A stretch of 53,592 nucleotides of DNA from a virus (Duplodnaviria > Caudoviricetes), in the IMG/VR virus record IMGVR_UViG_3300015171_000007, positions 1-53,592 of that record, one strand, 5' to 3'. The position numbers were made by a program, and so were the translations under genes. The notes beneath the pieces were generated by a model. The model saw only the letters and a program-made list of their open reading frames with translations, was not told where the DNA came from and ran no database searches. The stretch's first letter is position 1. Every line of letters starts with the position of its first letter. This document shows positions 1 through 8,164 of this stretch, piece after piece.

Positions 1-1
1 C

Positions 2-292
2 ATCGACTCCACGTACGCCTACGTTGTCAACTACTTCGACCACACCGTCACCAAGATTGACCTCTCGACTTTTACCACGGTCGGCGCTGCACTTGGCGTC
101 GGTGTTCACCCCTCCGCCATCGCCATCGACTCCACCGGCACGTACGCCTACGTCGCGAACAACGCGGACAACACCGTCACCAAGATTGACCTCTCGACTT
201 TTACCACGGTCGGCGCTGCACTTGGCGTCGGTGTTGGCCCCTACGCCATCGCCATAGGGTCGAACCTCAGCCAAATCGTCATGCTGCTCTAG
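2..292 (+). CDS. YVTN-type beta-propeller repeat protein, C-terminal part (5' truncated); probable receptor-binding/tail protein
   Basis: Frame 2 reads IDSTYAYVVNYFDHTVTKIDLSTFTTVGAALGVGVHPSAIAIDSTGTYAYVANNADNTVTKIDL...IVMLL*; 43-aa (129-nt) repeats; not in the ORF track. Confidence 0.85.
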   Translation: MDSTYAYVVNYFDHTVTKIDLSTFTTVGAALGVGVHPSAIAIDSTGTYAYVANNADNTVTKIDLSTFTTVGAALGVGVGPYAIAIGSNLSQIVMLL

Positions 293-330
293 TGCCGCGC
301 TCGGCTGTCGCCGTCAACTAATCTTTGCGC

Positions 331-963
331 ATGGGAGAAACGGTCGTTCAGGTCAATCGGTTGACCGGTGGTGCGCTCGCATTAACGCACGCCCGCGAGT
401 TGACGGGTCGCCCGTATGTGTGGGGCGGCACGTGGCCGAAGTCGGGCGGGACCGATTGCTCGGGGCTCTGGCAGTACGCCTACGGCAAGGTCGGCGTCCT
501 CCTCGCGCGCACCACCTACGAGCAGTATCTCGAGTTCCCAATTCCCAACTCGTGGCCGAGCGAGCCGGGCGACCTCTTGTTCATCTCGGGTAGCGACGCC
601 ATCGGTGCGAAGCCCGGTCACGTCATGGCTTATGTCTCACCGGGTCAGGTATTCCAAGCCGAGTACACGGGTGGACCGCCCATTGGTCAATTCCCTGCCA
701 ACACGAACGTCTTTGAGTACCGCACGCGCCCCGCGCTCGCGCTCCCGATGCCGAAGGCGCCCGCGACGAAGAACCCGAGCGCGTTGCAACTCTCGTCCTC
801 GGGTCTCATCCTTCTCACGTCACCCGCGAAGGCGCGCCTCGCGCTCGCGAACGGGTGGTCGCTCTATATGTGGGAAGGGTGGGAGTTCGTCGTCGAGACC
901 AATCCGAACGTCAAGGGCCGACCGCTCTACGCGAACTTCGACTACGTGCAAAAGCGTCACTAG
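331..963 (+). CDS. NlpC/P60 cell-wall peptidase (probable endolysin)
   Basis: PYVWGG...DCSGL, PGDLLF and GHV motifs; ATG 331 lies just after TAATCT (320-325), suggesting a leaderless start. Confidence 0.85.
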   Translation: MGETVVQVNRLTGGALALTHARELTGRPYVWGGTWPKSGGTDCSGLWQYAYGKVGVLLARTTYEQYLEFPIPNSWPSEPGDLLFISGSDAIGAKPGHVMAYVSPGQVFQAEYTGGPPIGQFPANTNVFEYRTRPALALPMPKAPATKNPSALQLSSSGLILLTSPAKARLALANGWSLYMWEGWEFVVETNPNVKGRPLYANFDYVQKRH

Positions 964-966
964 CCG

Positions 967-1521
967 ATGCTTGCTGGAGTGCTTGGTCGCGACATCATTT
1001 TCACGTCGTTCGCTCAGTTCTTGATTCTCGTGATGAGTTCGCTGCTCGTGACCGGCGTCATCTGGATTGTCAAGCACAGCCGACGAATTGGAACTTCCGT
1101 GGAGGATATGAAGCGCGCGCTTATCACTCCGAAGCCGACCCCGTTAACTCCGCGACCCGACCCCGGCCTTATTGAACGCATGGATACCTTCTCCGCGATG
1201 ATGAGCGAACGGAAAGAACTCGGCGACGACCTGATGGAGAAGTTCTCCGTCATGACGACCGAGATTGTTGAACACAAGCGAGAGGTCACGACACTCCAAG
1301 ATTCCGTCGCTACGCTGACCGGGAACGTTGCGACGATGGCCGAGAAGGTCGACGAACTCGTCACCTCGATTACTCCTAACGGCGGCGATACAAACAGCAT
1401 CGGCGACGTGCAGATGCGAATGGCGAAGGAGTCCGGCGCGTGGCTTGACGACCCTAAAGAGGCCACGGCGAGCCTCCCCAACGTGAATAGCCTTAATCCC
1501 CAACGAAAGGAATTACCATGA
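967..1521 (+). CDS. membrane-anchored coiled-coil protein, lysis module
   Basis: N-terminal hydrophobic helix, heptad-like C-terminal half, follows the peptidase. Confidence 0.6.
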   Translation: MLAGVLGRDIIFTSFAQFLILVMSSLLVTGVIWIVKHSRRIGTSVEDMKRALITPKPTPLTPRPDPGLIERMDTFSAMMSERKELGDDLMEKFSVMTTEIVEHKREVTTLQDSVATLTGNVATMAEKVDELVTSITPNGGDTNSIGDVQMRMAKESGAWLDDPKEATASLPNVNSLNPQRKELP

Positions 1522-1667
1522 AATTGCTCCTCCTTATCGCCTCAATCATCATCTTCATCCTCGTCGCGATTCTTTGTTTCATCGGCGGCGTGACGATTCT
1601 GCACTTGCTCGCGTTCCTCGCCATCGGGCTCGCCGCGTTCGCGGCGTCGTTCTTGCCGATTAAATAG
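1518..1667 (+). CDS. 49-aa two-TM protein, holin candidate
   Basis: MKLLLLIASIIIFILVAILCFIGGVTILHLLAFLAIGLAAFAASFLPIK; RBS GAAAGGA; ATGA overlap with upstream stop. Confidence 0.6.
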   Translation: MKLLLLIASIIIFILVAILCFIGGVTILHLLAFLAIGLAAFAASFLPIK

Positions 1668-1669
1668 CT

Positions 1670-1909
1670 GTGCATTGGCTCTCGTACCAGTGGTTCAATT
1701 ATTGGTGGCCTAGTGACAAGGGGAATGGGCCAGAGGCCATCCAGCAGACGCTCGTTTATGCAGCGACGGCCGCGTTGTTCGTCCCGATAATCCACAGGTG
1801 GATTACCAAGCATCTCGACGCCCTTCATGCCAAACTGGATAAGAGTCACGAACTGATGCGGCACATCATCAAGTACCACCCTGACATACCGGAAATCGAG
1901 GAACAATGA
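1670..1909 (+). CDS. small membrane protein
   Basis: One hydrophobic segment; stop overlaps next start. Confidence 0.55.
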   Translation: MHWLSYQWFNYWWPSDKGNGPEAIQQTLVYAATAALFVPIIHRWITKHLDALHAKLDKSHELMRHIIKYHPDIPEIEEQ

Positions 1910-2961
1910 GCAACCCAACCCCAGCCGAACTCGCAGCACACAACCTCATCCGAGACTACGTCGCGCCAGAGCGCGTCGCTGGGAAGAAGGGCGCTAAGCA
2001 TTTTGAGCACGCGCCGACCGTCGTCATCGAGCAGTACCGTACGGTCTCGCCGACGACCATCGTCGTGCCCGAGACGTGGGACCAGACGGGCGGGCTTACG
2101 CATCAAATCGGGATGCTCGGCAACGACGGCGAGGGCGACTGTGTCGTCGCGGCATTCGAGCATGGGCGGATGTTCAAGGCGCTCGTCTCGTTCGTCGGCG
2201 GCATCATTACGTGGGCGCACGAGTTTCGACCAGCGCACGCGGCCTACACGCTCCTCATCTACTGGGCCTACGGCCGATGGGTGGGCGAGCCCGGCCTGCG
2301 CCCCGACAACGGCGCCAACCCGCTCGAGTACGCCAAGTTCGCCTTCGCGCACAATCTCACCGACGCCTTCGGTCTCGTCGACCTCTCGGACCCGTCGACG
2401 AAAATTGCGAACCTCAAGCAAGCCGCCGTCGAGTTCGGCGGGCTGCTCGTGTGCGTCAACCTCACCGACGACGCGATGGGCCTATTCAACTCCGGCCAGA
2501 CGTGGAACGTCGCCAACGGTCAACAGCCGAACCCGCAGGAGGGTCATGGAATCTGGCTCGACAAGTTCGACTCGTCGACCGGGCTCATGTACTTCGCGAC
2601 GTGGGGCTTCGCCGACCAGTCGGCGACCGAGGCGTGGGTACTCGCGTGCGTCACGTCGGCTATCGCGTTCATCTCGAAGGAGCAGGCGGCGGCGGCGGGC
2701 GTCGACGTGGCCGCGCTTATCGCGGCCTGTCAGGCTCTCACCGACGGACAGGGCATCGCACCGGCCGCGAGCGAGGCTCCGGCGGCGCACGTCGACCGGG
2801 CGCTCACCCCGTCGAGCATCATCCACGACGTCGAGGTCGAGTGGGACAAGTTCACGCCCCAACTCCGCCGCGTCGTCACGCTCGCCGTTCAGCGCGAGTC
2901 GGTCACGGTCATCGCGAAGGAACTCGGCATCGCTCTCAAGATGCTCCTCAGGACGCTTTGA
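1906..2961 (+). CDS. papain-like (C1-type) cysteine peptidase
   Basis: MLGNDGEGDCVVAA (Cys), EGHGI (His) and FATWG motifs in papain order. Confidence 0.65.
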   Translation: MSNPTPAELAAHNLIRDYVAPERVAGKKGAKHFEHAPTVVIEQYRTVSPTTIVVPETWDQTGGLTHQIGMLGNDGEGDCVVAAFEHGRMFKALVSFVGGIITWAHEFRPAHAAYTLLIYWAYGRWVGEPGLRPDNGANPLEYAKFAFAHNLTDAFGLVDLSDPSTKIANLKQAAVEFGGLLVCVNLTDDAMGLFNSGQTWNVANGQQPNPQEGHGIWLDKFDSSTGLMYFATWGFADQSATEAWVLACVTSAIAFISKEQAAAAGVDVAALIAACQALTDGQGIAPAASEAPAAHVDRALTPSSIIHDVEVEWDKFTPQLRRVVTLAVQRESVTVIAKELGIALKMLLRTL

Positions 2962-3542
2962 GTCGCCACGACCAACTGACGCTCTACGTGCCGCCGTGCT
3001 CGGTGCGGTTCTTCCCCGAGGGCGAACACTGTAACGACGCGGTCGACGGCGACCTCATCATCGTCAAGCACTCGACGATATGGGCCGACGCAATCTCGGC
3101 CGCGCAGCACGCGCTCGCGCTGACGCACCCCGAGTTCGCGGGGTACACGTGGGGCGAACACTCGGCCATCGTGCGCGGCCACGACGCCGACCTACGGACG
3201 ATGCTTTCGGAGATGGGACCGCGCGGCTACGAGCGGCGCGCCCTGTTCGACTATCAGGCGCACCTCTACGCCGTCATCCATTTCGAGTGCTCGGCGGTTC
3301 AACGCGTGGCCGCGATGCGTAACGACCTCGCGTGCGCCGACGTCGACTACGGGTGGCTCGAGTTCGCGGCGGACATCCTCGACGGGCTCATCGACGCGGA
3401 GTTCGTCGGGTCGTGGGGCGACTCGATTATCTGCTCGGTCCACTGCACGCTCGTACTCATGGCGATGGGCCTGTTCCCCGACGTAAACCCGGCGAAAGCA
3501 ATTCCCGCGAACCTCGCACTCTGGACCGGGGCGAAGCACTAA
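2958..3542 (+). CDS. permuted papain-like NlpC/P60 (YiiX/YebB-like) protein
   Basis: GDLIIVK, EHSAIV (His first), DYG, IICSVH (Cys last); TTG start overlapping upstream TGA; 3' part of track ORF 2076..3542. Confidence 0.6.
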   Translation: MSRHDQLTLYVPPCSVRFFPEGEHCNDAVDGDLIIVKHSTIWADAISAAQHALALTHPEFAGYTWGEHSAIVRGHDADLRTMLSEMGPRGYERRALFDYQAHLYAVIHFECSAVQRVAAMRNDLACADVDYGWLEFAADILDGLIDAEFVGSWGDSIICSVHCTLVLMAMGLFPDVNPAKAIPANLALWTGAKH

Positions 3543-3545
3543 TCT
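3540..3545 (+). promoter_or_regulatory. putative -10 hexamer (TAATCT) for the tRNA/sRNA transcript
   Basis: TANNNT with 6 nt before tRNA position 1. Confidence 0.4.
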
Positions 3546-3551
3546 CGGCGA

Positions 3552-3624
3552 AGCGGTGTGGCGCAATTGGAAGCGCGCCGGGTTCATAACCCGGAGGTTG
3601 CTCGTTCGAGTCGAGTCACCGCCA
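3552..3624 (+). tRNA. tRNA-Met(CAT), initiator-like
   Basis: Cloverleaf: acceptor AGCGGTG/CACCGCC with 1:72 mismatch, D stem GCGC/GCGC, anticodon stem CCGGG/CCCGG with loop TTCATAA, T loop TTCGAGT; no encoded CCA. Confidence 0.93.
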
Positions 3625-3747
3625 CGAGGCCAAGTCGGGTAGACTCGCCTCACGGCGATTCCCGAACTTGACAACTTAGGTGCGGGAGTCGACTGCTTCT
3701 GTCCAAGAAGCACGAAGGCCCGGTCGTCCGTCGACCGGGCCTTCGTG
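3625..3747 (+). ncRNA. candidate small RNA (three hairpins) antisense to early-gene RBS motif
   Basis: Hairpins at 3631-3670, 3694-3712 (TGCTTCT-GTCCA-AGAAGCA) and 3711-3747; CTTCTGTCCAAG is the reverse complement of CTTGGACAGAAG. Confidence 0.45.
3711..3747 (+). terminator. 16-bp perfect hairpin, probable terminator (no U-tract)
   Basis: CACGAAGGCCCGGTCG-TCCGT-CGACCGGGCCTTCGTG. Confidence 0.65.
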
Positions 3748-3773
3748 ATTCCGGCGCGATGTCACACCCGTCG

Positions 3774-3791
3774 CGTATAGTCGGGTATCCG
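3774..3791 (+). promoter_or_regulatory. early promoter -10 (TATAGT) overlapped by a degenerate operator palindrome
   Basis: CGTATAG-TCGG-GTATCCG, 16/18 match to the boxes at 7577 and 12433. Confidence 0.65.
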
Positions 3792-3825
3792 GCCTAACGT
3801 GGGTCGGGATTGGACAGGAGGCATC

Positions 3826-4716
3826 ATGGCAGCAAAGAAACCGGCGACGCTCGACGTCGTCTCCACCGCGAAACTGCTCGGGCTCGGAGAGGTGGACGTC
3901 AAGCCCGCCGCCGAGGACGAGCGGTTCCACTCGGTCACGACCATCATCGGCGCGCTCGACAAGCCCGCGCTGATGTACTGGGCGGCAGAGCAGACCGCAG
4001 AACTCGCCGTCAGTGTCGCGAGGTCACTACCGCACCGCGTCGAGGAGGAGGGACACGACGCCGTCGTGAAGTGGCTACGCGACGCGCGGTTCCGACCACC
4101 GAAGGGCCGCAAGTCGGCGAGCGAACTCGGGACGGCCGTCCATGACGCGTGCGAGAAGTACGCCATCACGGGCATCCGACCCGAGGTCGACGACCCCGAG
4201 GTCGAGCCGTTCCTCGACCGCTTCGACGAGTGGGCGCAGAAGTGGCAGCCCGAGTACCTCGCGGCGGAGGCGGCGGTCTACAACCTCAAGTACCGCTACG
4301 CGGGCACGCTCGACGCTATCGCCATCATCGACGGGGCGACCGTATTGCTCGACTACAAGTCGTCGCGTAAGTCGCTCGACTCGCAGGGGAAGCCGACGAA
4401 GCCCTACCCCGAGGTCGGCCTGCAACTCGCGGCCTATCAGAACGCCGAAATCATGGCGGTCTGGCGGGCGCGGCGGTTCGAGAGTTATCGGCGTCGGTAC
4501 TACCTGCTCTCGCCCGACGAGAAGGTCGAGGGAATCGAGATGCCGAAGGTCGACGGCGCGATGGCGCTCCACCTGACGCCCGAGCACGCCGACCTCTACC
4601 CCATCGACACCAGCGACAAGGTGTTCGAGTCGTTCCTGTACACAATCGAGATATTCCGCTGGACAAACACGACGCAGAAGGGCGTCGTCGGTCCGGCTCT
4701 AACGAAGGGAAACTGA
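3826..4716 (+). CDS. PD-(D/E)XK exonuclease (RecB/Cas4-like)
   Basis: SVTTII, GTAVH, AE, YAGTLD, LLDYKS and LQLAAY motifs; RBS GGAGG. Confidence 0.85.
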   Translation: MAAKKPATLDVVSTAKLLGLGEVDVKPAAEDERFHSVTTIIGALDKPALMYWAAEQTAELAVSVARSLPHRVEEEGHDAVVKWLRDARFRPPKGRKSASELGTAVHDACEKYAITGIRPEVDDPEVEPFLDRFDEWAQKWQPEYLAAEAAVYNLKYRYAGTLDAIAIIDGATVLLDYKSSRKSLDSQGKPTKPYPEVGLQLAAYQNAEIMAVWRARRFESYRRRYYLLSPDEKVEGIEMPKVDGAMALHLTPEHADLYPIDTSDKVFESFLYTIEIFRWTNTTQKGVVGPALTKGN

Positions 4717-4717
4717 A

Positions 4718-6124
4718 ATGGCAATCATTGGGCTACAGCGGCGCCTCGCCGAGGTGGGGCGTATCCGCATCGGCGAACAGGTGCCGACCGGCACTAAGGG
4801 CAAGACTCGACCGAAGCGTCTCGAGACGTTCCGTATCACCTCATCGAATCACAAGGCGCTCGCCGCGCTCGCCGAGGTCTATGGCGGGTCGGTCGTACCG
4901 TGGACGGACGCACCCGTCGGCAATCAGTTCGAGTTGTACACGAAGGCCGACGAGTTGTCGGTCATCGTGCCACCCGAGGCGATGAGTTTCAGTCAGTTCT
5001 ACGAAGTCTGGTCGGGCGGCGGGTGCCGCGTGCGCTGCGACGGCGTACGCGACTCGATTAACGAGCAGCCGTGTTCGTGCGACCCCGAGGACCGGCTCTG
5101 CAAGCCTCACACTCGGCTCTCGGTGATGATTGCCGAGGTCGCGACGAGCGGGATGTGGCGCCTCGACACGCAGGGCTACTACGCTGCGACCGAACTCGGC
5201 GGCGCGTTCGACCTCGCGATGTTAATGAGCGACGCGACGGGGCGCTCGGTGCTGCGCGGCTCGCTGCGACTCGACCAGCGCGAGGTGAAGCGACCCGATG
5301 AGCCGACGCGCAAGTTCGTCGTGCCGGTGCTGACGTTCGACCTCGAGGCGGCGGCGCTCGGCGCGGCCGCGCTGACGGGCGGGCTCAAGCCCATCCCCGA
5401 GGGCGGCGGTGTCGGCGGCGTGCTCGGCGCGCTCTCGGCGATACAGGACCGCGAACCGGCGCCCGCTCGCAAAAACGGCATCGAGCCCGTGCCGCCGACC
5501 GGGCTGCGACCCGGCGGCGCGGCCGGTCTCGAGGGGTCGTCGGACGAGGACGAGGACGGCGTGCTGTGGTCCGGCGCTCAGCGCGACGAGATTCAGAACC
5601 TCCTCGACGTGCTCCTCGAGAGCAAGGACGAGGAGGCGACGCGCATCTTCAAGGCGTGGTGGAGGTCGGAGGGAATCCCGCCGCTCGAGCGGGGCCTCTC
5701 AGCCCGTCAGGCCGGGCTCGTCGTCGACACGCTACGGACCCTCTTGGGGCTCGACGTAGCGACCGACGGCGACGAGGAGGAGACAGGCGAGAATCGCCAA
5801 ATAGGGGCCGATGCGGGCAAGGCAGACGACGTGCCGGTGCCGAAGCCGACGCTGGCGAAGATGAAGGCGATGTTCGCGCTCCTCGGGTCGCTCGGGTTCG
5901 CGACCGACAAGGCGAAGCACGGACGCGTGTGGGCCATCGTCGGGCACGAGGGGTCGTTCTCTGACCTGACCCGCGCCGAGGTCAACCGCGTCATCGACCA
6001 ACTCGAGGAGGACAAGAAGAACCCCGAGCAGCAGGGCGCCCGGGCGCCTCTGCCGGGTACGTCGCCAGACGGTCGGCCGTGGGCCACTGACCAATTCACC
6101 AGTGACGACGAGGAGTCCTTCTAG
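4718..6124 (+). CDS. Gp3-like/RDF-like recombination (ssDNA annealing) protein
   Basis: LQRRLAEVGRIRIG...RPKRLETFRITS, CDG, CxC..CKPHTRLSV and GMWRLDTQG; follows the exonuclease. Confidence 0.7.
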   Translation: MAIIGLQRRLAEVGRIRIGEQVPTGTKGKTRPKRLETFRITSSNHKALAALAEVYGGSVVPWTDAPVGNQFELYTKADELSVIVPPEAMSFSQFYEVWSGGGCRVRCDGVRDSINEQPCSCDPEDRLCKPHTRLSVMIAEVATSGMWRLDTQGYYAATELGGAFDLAMLMSDATGRSVLRGSLRLDQREVKRPDEPTRKFVVPVLTFDLEAAALGAAALTGGLKPIPEGGGVGGVLGALSAIQDREPAPARKNGIEPVPPTGLRPGGAAGLEGSSDEDEDGVLWSGAQRDEIQNLLDVLLESKDEEATRIFKAWWRSEGIPPLERGLSARQAGLVVDTLRTLLGLDVATDGDEEETGENRQIGADAGKADDVPVPKPTLAKMKAMFALLGSLGFATDKAKHGRVWAIVGHEGSFSDLTRAEVNRVIDQLEEDKKNPEQQGARAPLPGTSPDGRPWATDQFTSDDEESF

Positions 6125-6220
6125 GGCGTAGAGTCGGCGGTCCGCACGCAACGAGCGGCGAGGTCGAACAACAACCTCGCCGCTCGGCGTCGGCCTATCG
6201 GGAGAATCGAAAGGACAGAA

Positions 6221-7078
6221 ATGAGTATACGGGTAATGGCGGCGGTGTTCGATGCAAACAGTCTGACGTCGACGGAGAAACTCGTCGCGCTCGCGCTGGC
6301 GGACCACTGTCACGACGACGGGTCGGAGGCGCGACCGGGGCTCGCTCGTCTCGAGCGCAAGACGAGTCTTTCGAGAGATGGTGTCCGAAAGACGATGAGG
6401 CGGCTCCTCGAGAAGGGCGTCCTCGTCGAGGACCGACCAGCGACGAGTCACCGACCGGCGTCGTATCGGTTCGTGCTTGAGGCTCTTGGAGGGTCATCTT
6501 CGGTCGACGTCGTCGACCCTAAACGGCCGAGCCCGAGTCCCACTTCGGTCGACGTCGTCGGCGCTTCGGTCGACGTCGTCGACCCAATTAGGTCGACGTC
6601 GTCGACCCGAACCGTAACTAACCGTCATGAAACATCTCTCTTGCTCGACGAGGACGTCGAGCGAGCGAAATCTCGTGGTCAGACGAAGGCGGAGGTCGAG
6701 GCGCTCGCGGTCGGCGTCTACGAGCGATACCCGAGGCGCGTCGGCCGCGTCGAAGCCGTCAACCAAATCACGCGCCGACTGCTCGAGAGCGAGACGGTCG
6801 AGCGACTCGACGCGGCTATCGACTCCTACCGAAAGTTCCGAGGTGCCGACGACCCGAAGTTCACGATGCATCCGGCTCGATTCTTCGGACCGGCGAAGCC
6901 GTACGTCGATTACGCACCGGGCGGCGACCTGTTCACGGGCCGACCGCTCGCTCATCCGGGCATGGCGCGACAGTCGGCCGACGACCTTCTCGCGCAGCGC
7001 GAGCGAGAGCACGCCGAGTCGAAACCGATGCCTGACAAGATGAAGCAACTCCGAAAGCAGATGAGAGGGAACCTATGA
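6221..7078 (+). CDS. replication initiator with N-terminal winged HTH
   Basis: MSIRVMAAVF...KLVALALADH...RPGLARLERKT; C-terminal YPRRVG...HPARFF; internal direct repeats. Confidence 0.75.
   Translation: MSIRVMAAVFDANSLTSTEKLVALALADHCHDDGSEARPGLARLERKTSLSRDGVRKTMRRLLEKGVLVEDRPATSHRPASYRFVLEALGGSSSVDVVDPKRPSPSPTSVDVVGASVDVVDPIRSTSSTRTVTNRHETSLLLDEDVERAKSRGQTKAEVEALAVGVYERYPRRVGRVEAVNQITRRLLESETVERLDAAIDSYRKFRGADDPKFTMHPARFFGPAKPYVDYAPGGDLFTGRPLAHPGMARQSADDLLAQREREHAESKPMPDKMKQLRKQMRGNL
6498..6608. repeat. four iteron-like repeats, probable replication origin
   Basis: (CTTC)GGTCGACGTCGTCG at 6498, 6543, 6564 and 6591, followed by an AT-richer tract. Confidence 0.65.
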
Positions 7079-7575
7079 ACGACGACACTCCGAAAGTCTC
7101 ACTCGCCGAGGCAGAGGCGGCTCAACGTGAAAGACGACCGATGGTCGTCGACTTGCCCGCCGTCGACACCAACGCGACGACCGAGCCGAAACTCCTCGAG
7201 GCCGGATGGATAAGTCGCGCGCCGCGTCGCGTCGACTTCGCGGTCGAGTCGACCGTCGTCGTCAACGAGGCGACGCTCCGCGCCTACCCGGGCGTCGCGT
7301 TCGCGTTCGGCGGTGGAAGCGACGAGCCGGTGACGGTCGTGTTCGTCGGCTCGCCCGACAACATGACGCTCCTCGCGAAGCACATCAAGCGAGCCGCCGA
7401 GGACGCCCGCCGGGGCTCGAGCCACGCCCGGGCGGAACTCGAGAAGCGTCGCCTCGAGGTCGCTCGAGCCGAGGCCGAGGCCGAGAAATCTCGGGAGGCC
7501 GACGGAGATGCCGGTGATTCAGGGGAAATCGCGAGCGCCCTGCCGCCGGAAGAAGTAGCGACGGTCGCGGAGTAG
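7075..7575 (+). CDS. hypothetical protein
   Basis: ATGA-coupled ORF with genome-typical codon usage. Confidence 0.65.
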   Translation: MNDDTPKVSLAEAEAAQRERRPMVVDLPAVDTNATTEPKLLEAGWISRAPRRVDFAVESTVVVNEATLRAYPGVAFAFGGGSDEPVTVVFVGSPDNMTLLAKHIKRAAEDARRGSSHARAELEKRRLEVARAEAEAEKSREADGDAGDSGEIASALPPEEVATVAE

Positions 7576-7576
7576 T

Positions 7577-7626
7577 CGTATACTCGGGTATACGGGGAAC
7601 CCCGGGAAGTGCCTTGGACAGAGGAG
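7577..7626 (+). promoter_or_regulatory. 50-bp promoter/operator/RBS cassette, copy 1
   Basis: CGTATACTCGGGTATACGGGGAACCCCGGGAAGTGCCTTGGACAGAGGAG; 49/50 identical to 12433..12482. Confidence 0.85.
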
Positions 7627-7631
7627 AAATA

Positions 7632-7931
7632 ATGGAAGTCACTACAAGCCAGTCAGTCGTACGAGTTCAGTTCGCTGAGCGCGACGGCACGATGGTCGAG
7701 GTGTTTGAACTTGCGGTCGACGGCAAAGGACTTTGGGCCTGCGAGACCGTGTTCGCCATCCTCAACTCGTACCCCGACGAGATGTTCTGCGCGGCGCAGT
7801 ACCGCCCGCAGGTCGAGGCGTTCCGCAAGCAAGGTCGTCGCTCGATGAGCGTCGGCGACGTCCTCGTCGTCGACGGCACGCGCTACGAGTGCGCTCCGAT
7901 GGGTTTCACCACGACGTCGGAGGTGAAGTGA
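7632..7931 (+). CDS. YodL-like domain protein
   Basis: RSMSVGDVLVVDG...CAPMGF motif; RBS GAGGAG. Confidence 0.6.
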   Translation: MEVTTSQSVVRVQFAERDGTMVEVFELAVDGKGLWACETVFAILNSYPDEMFCAAQYRPQVEAFRKQGRRSMSVGDVLVVDGTRYECAPMGFTTTSEVK

Positions 7932-8164
7932 TGAGCAATCTTGACACCACCTCGCGGCGCGGGACCTTGACGTGGCTCCGCGCCGACGACACGGTCTCGA
8001 CGATGGTCGGCGAGTTCTACCTCCGCGAGCACGTGAACCCGGCGTACGTCGTCGAGCGTCGCGTCAACGTCATCGCCCGACGCAAGGGCGGGCGTAACAA
8101 GTGGAACCTGTGCGGGCAGTACCGGGTCATCTCGTTCGTCGAGGGAGCGGGGTTCTCGTCATGA
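7931..8164 (+). CDS. hypothetical protein
   Basis: TGATG-coupled ORF (MSNLDTTSRRG...). Confidence 0.6.
   Translation: MSNLDTTSRRGTLTWLRADDTVSTMVGEFYLREHVNPAYVVERRVNVIARRKGGRNKWNLCGQYRVISFVEGAGFSS

Noticed and set aside
1-292. Complete diversity-generating retroelement, or exact terminal overlap proving circularity
   Set aside because: No reverse transcriptase or template repeat seen; the ends share only CATC, and joining there would truncate a repeat, so a gap is likely
2076-2957. 5' part of the 488-aa track ORF
   Set aside because: Overlaps the peptidase gene in another frame; only the part from TTG 2958 looks coding
3552-3624. tRNA as prophage attachment site
   Set aside because: No integrase, no duplicated tRNA 3' end and no host genes on either side
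3826-4716. Cas4-like nuclease as a CRISPR component
   Set aside because: Sits beside an annealing protein as a standard phage recombination pair; no array or other cas genes
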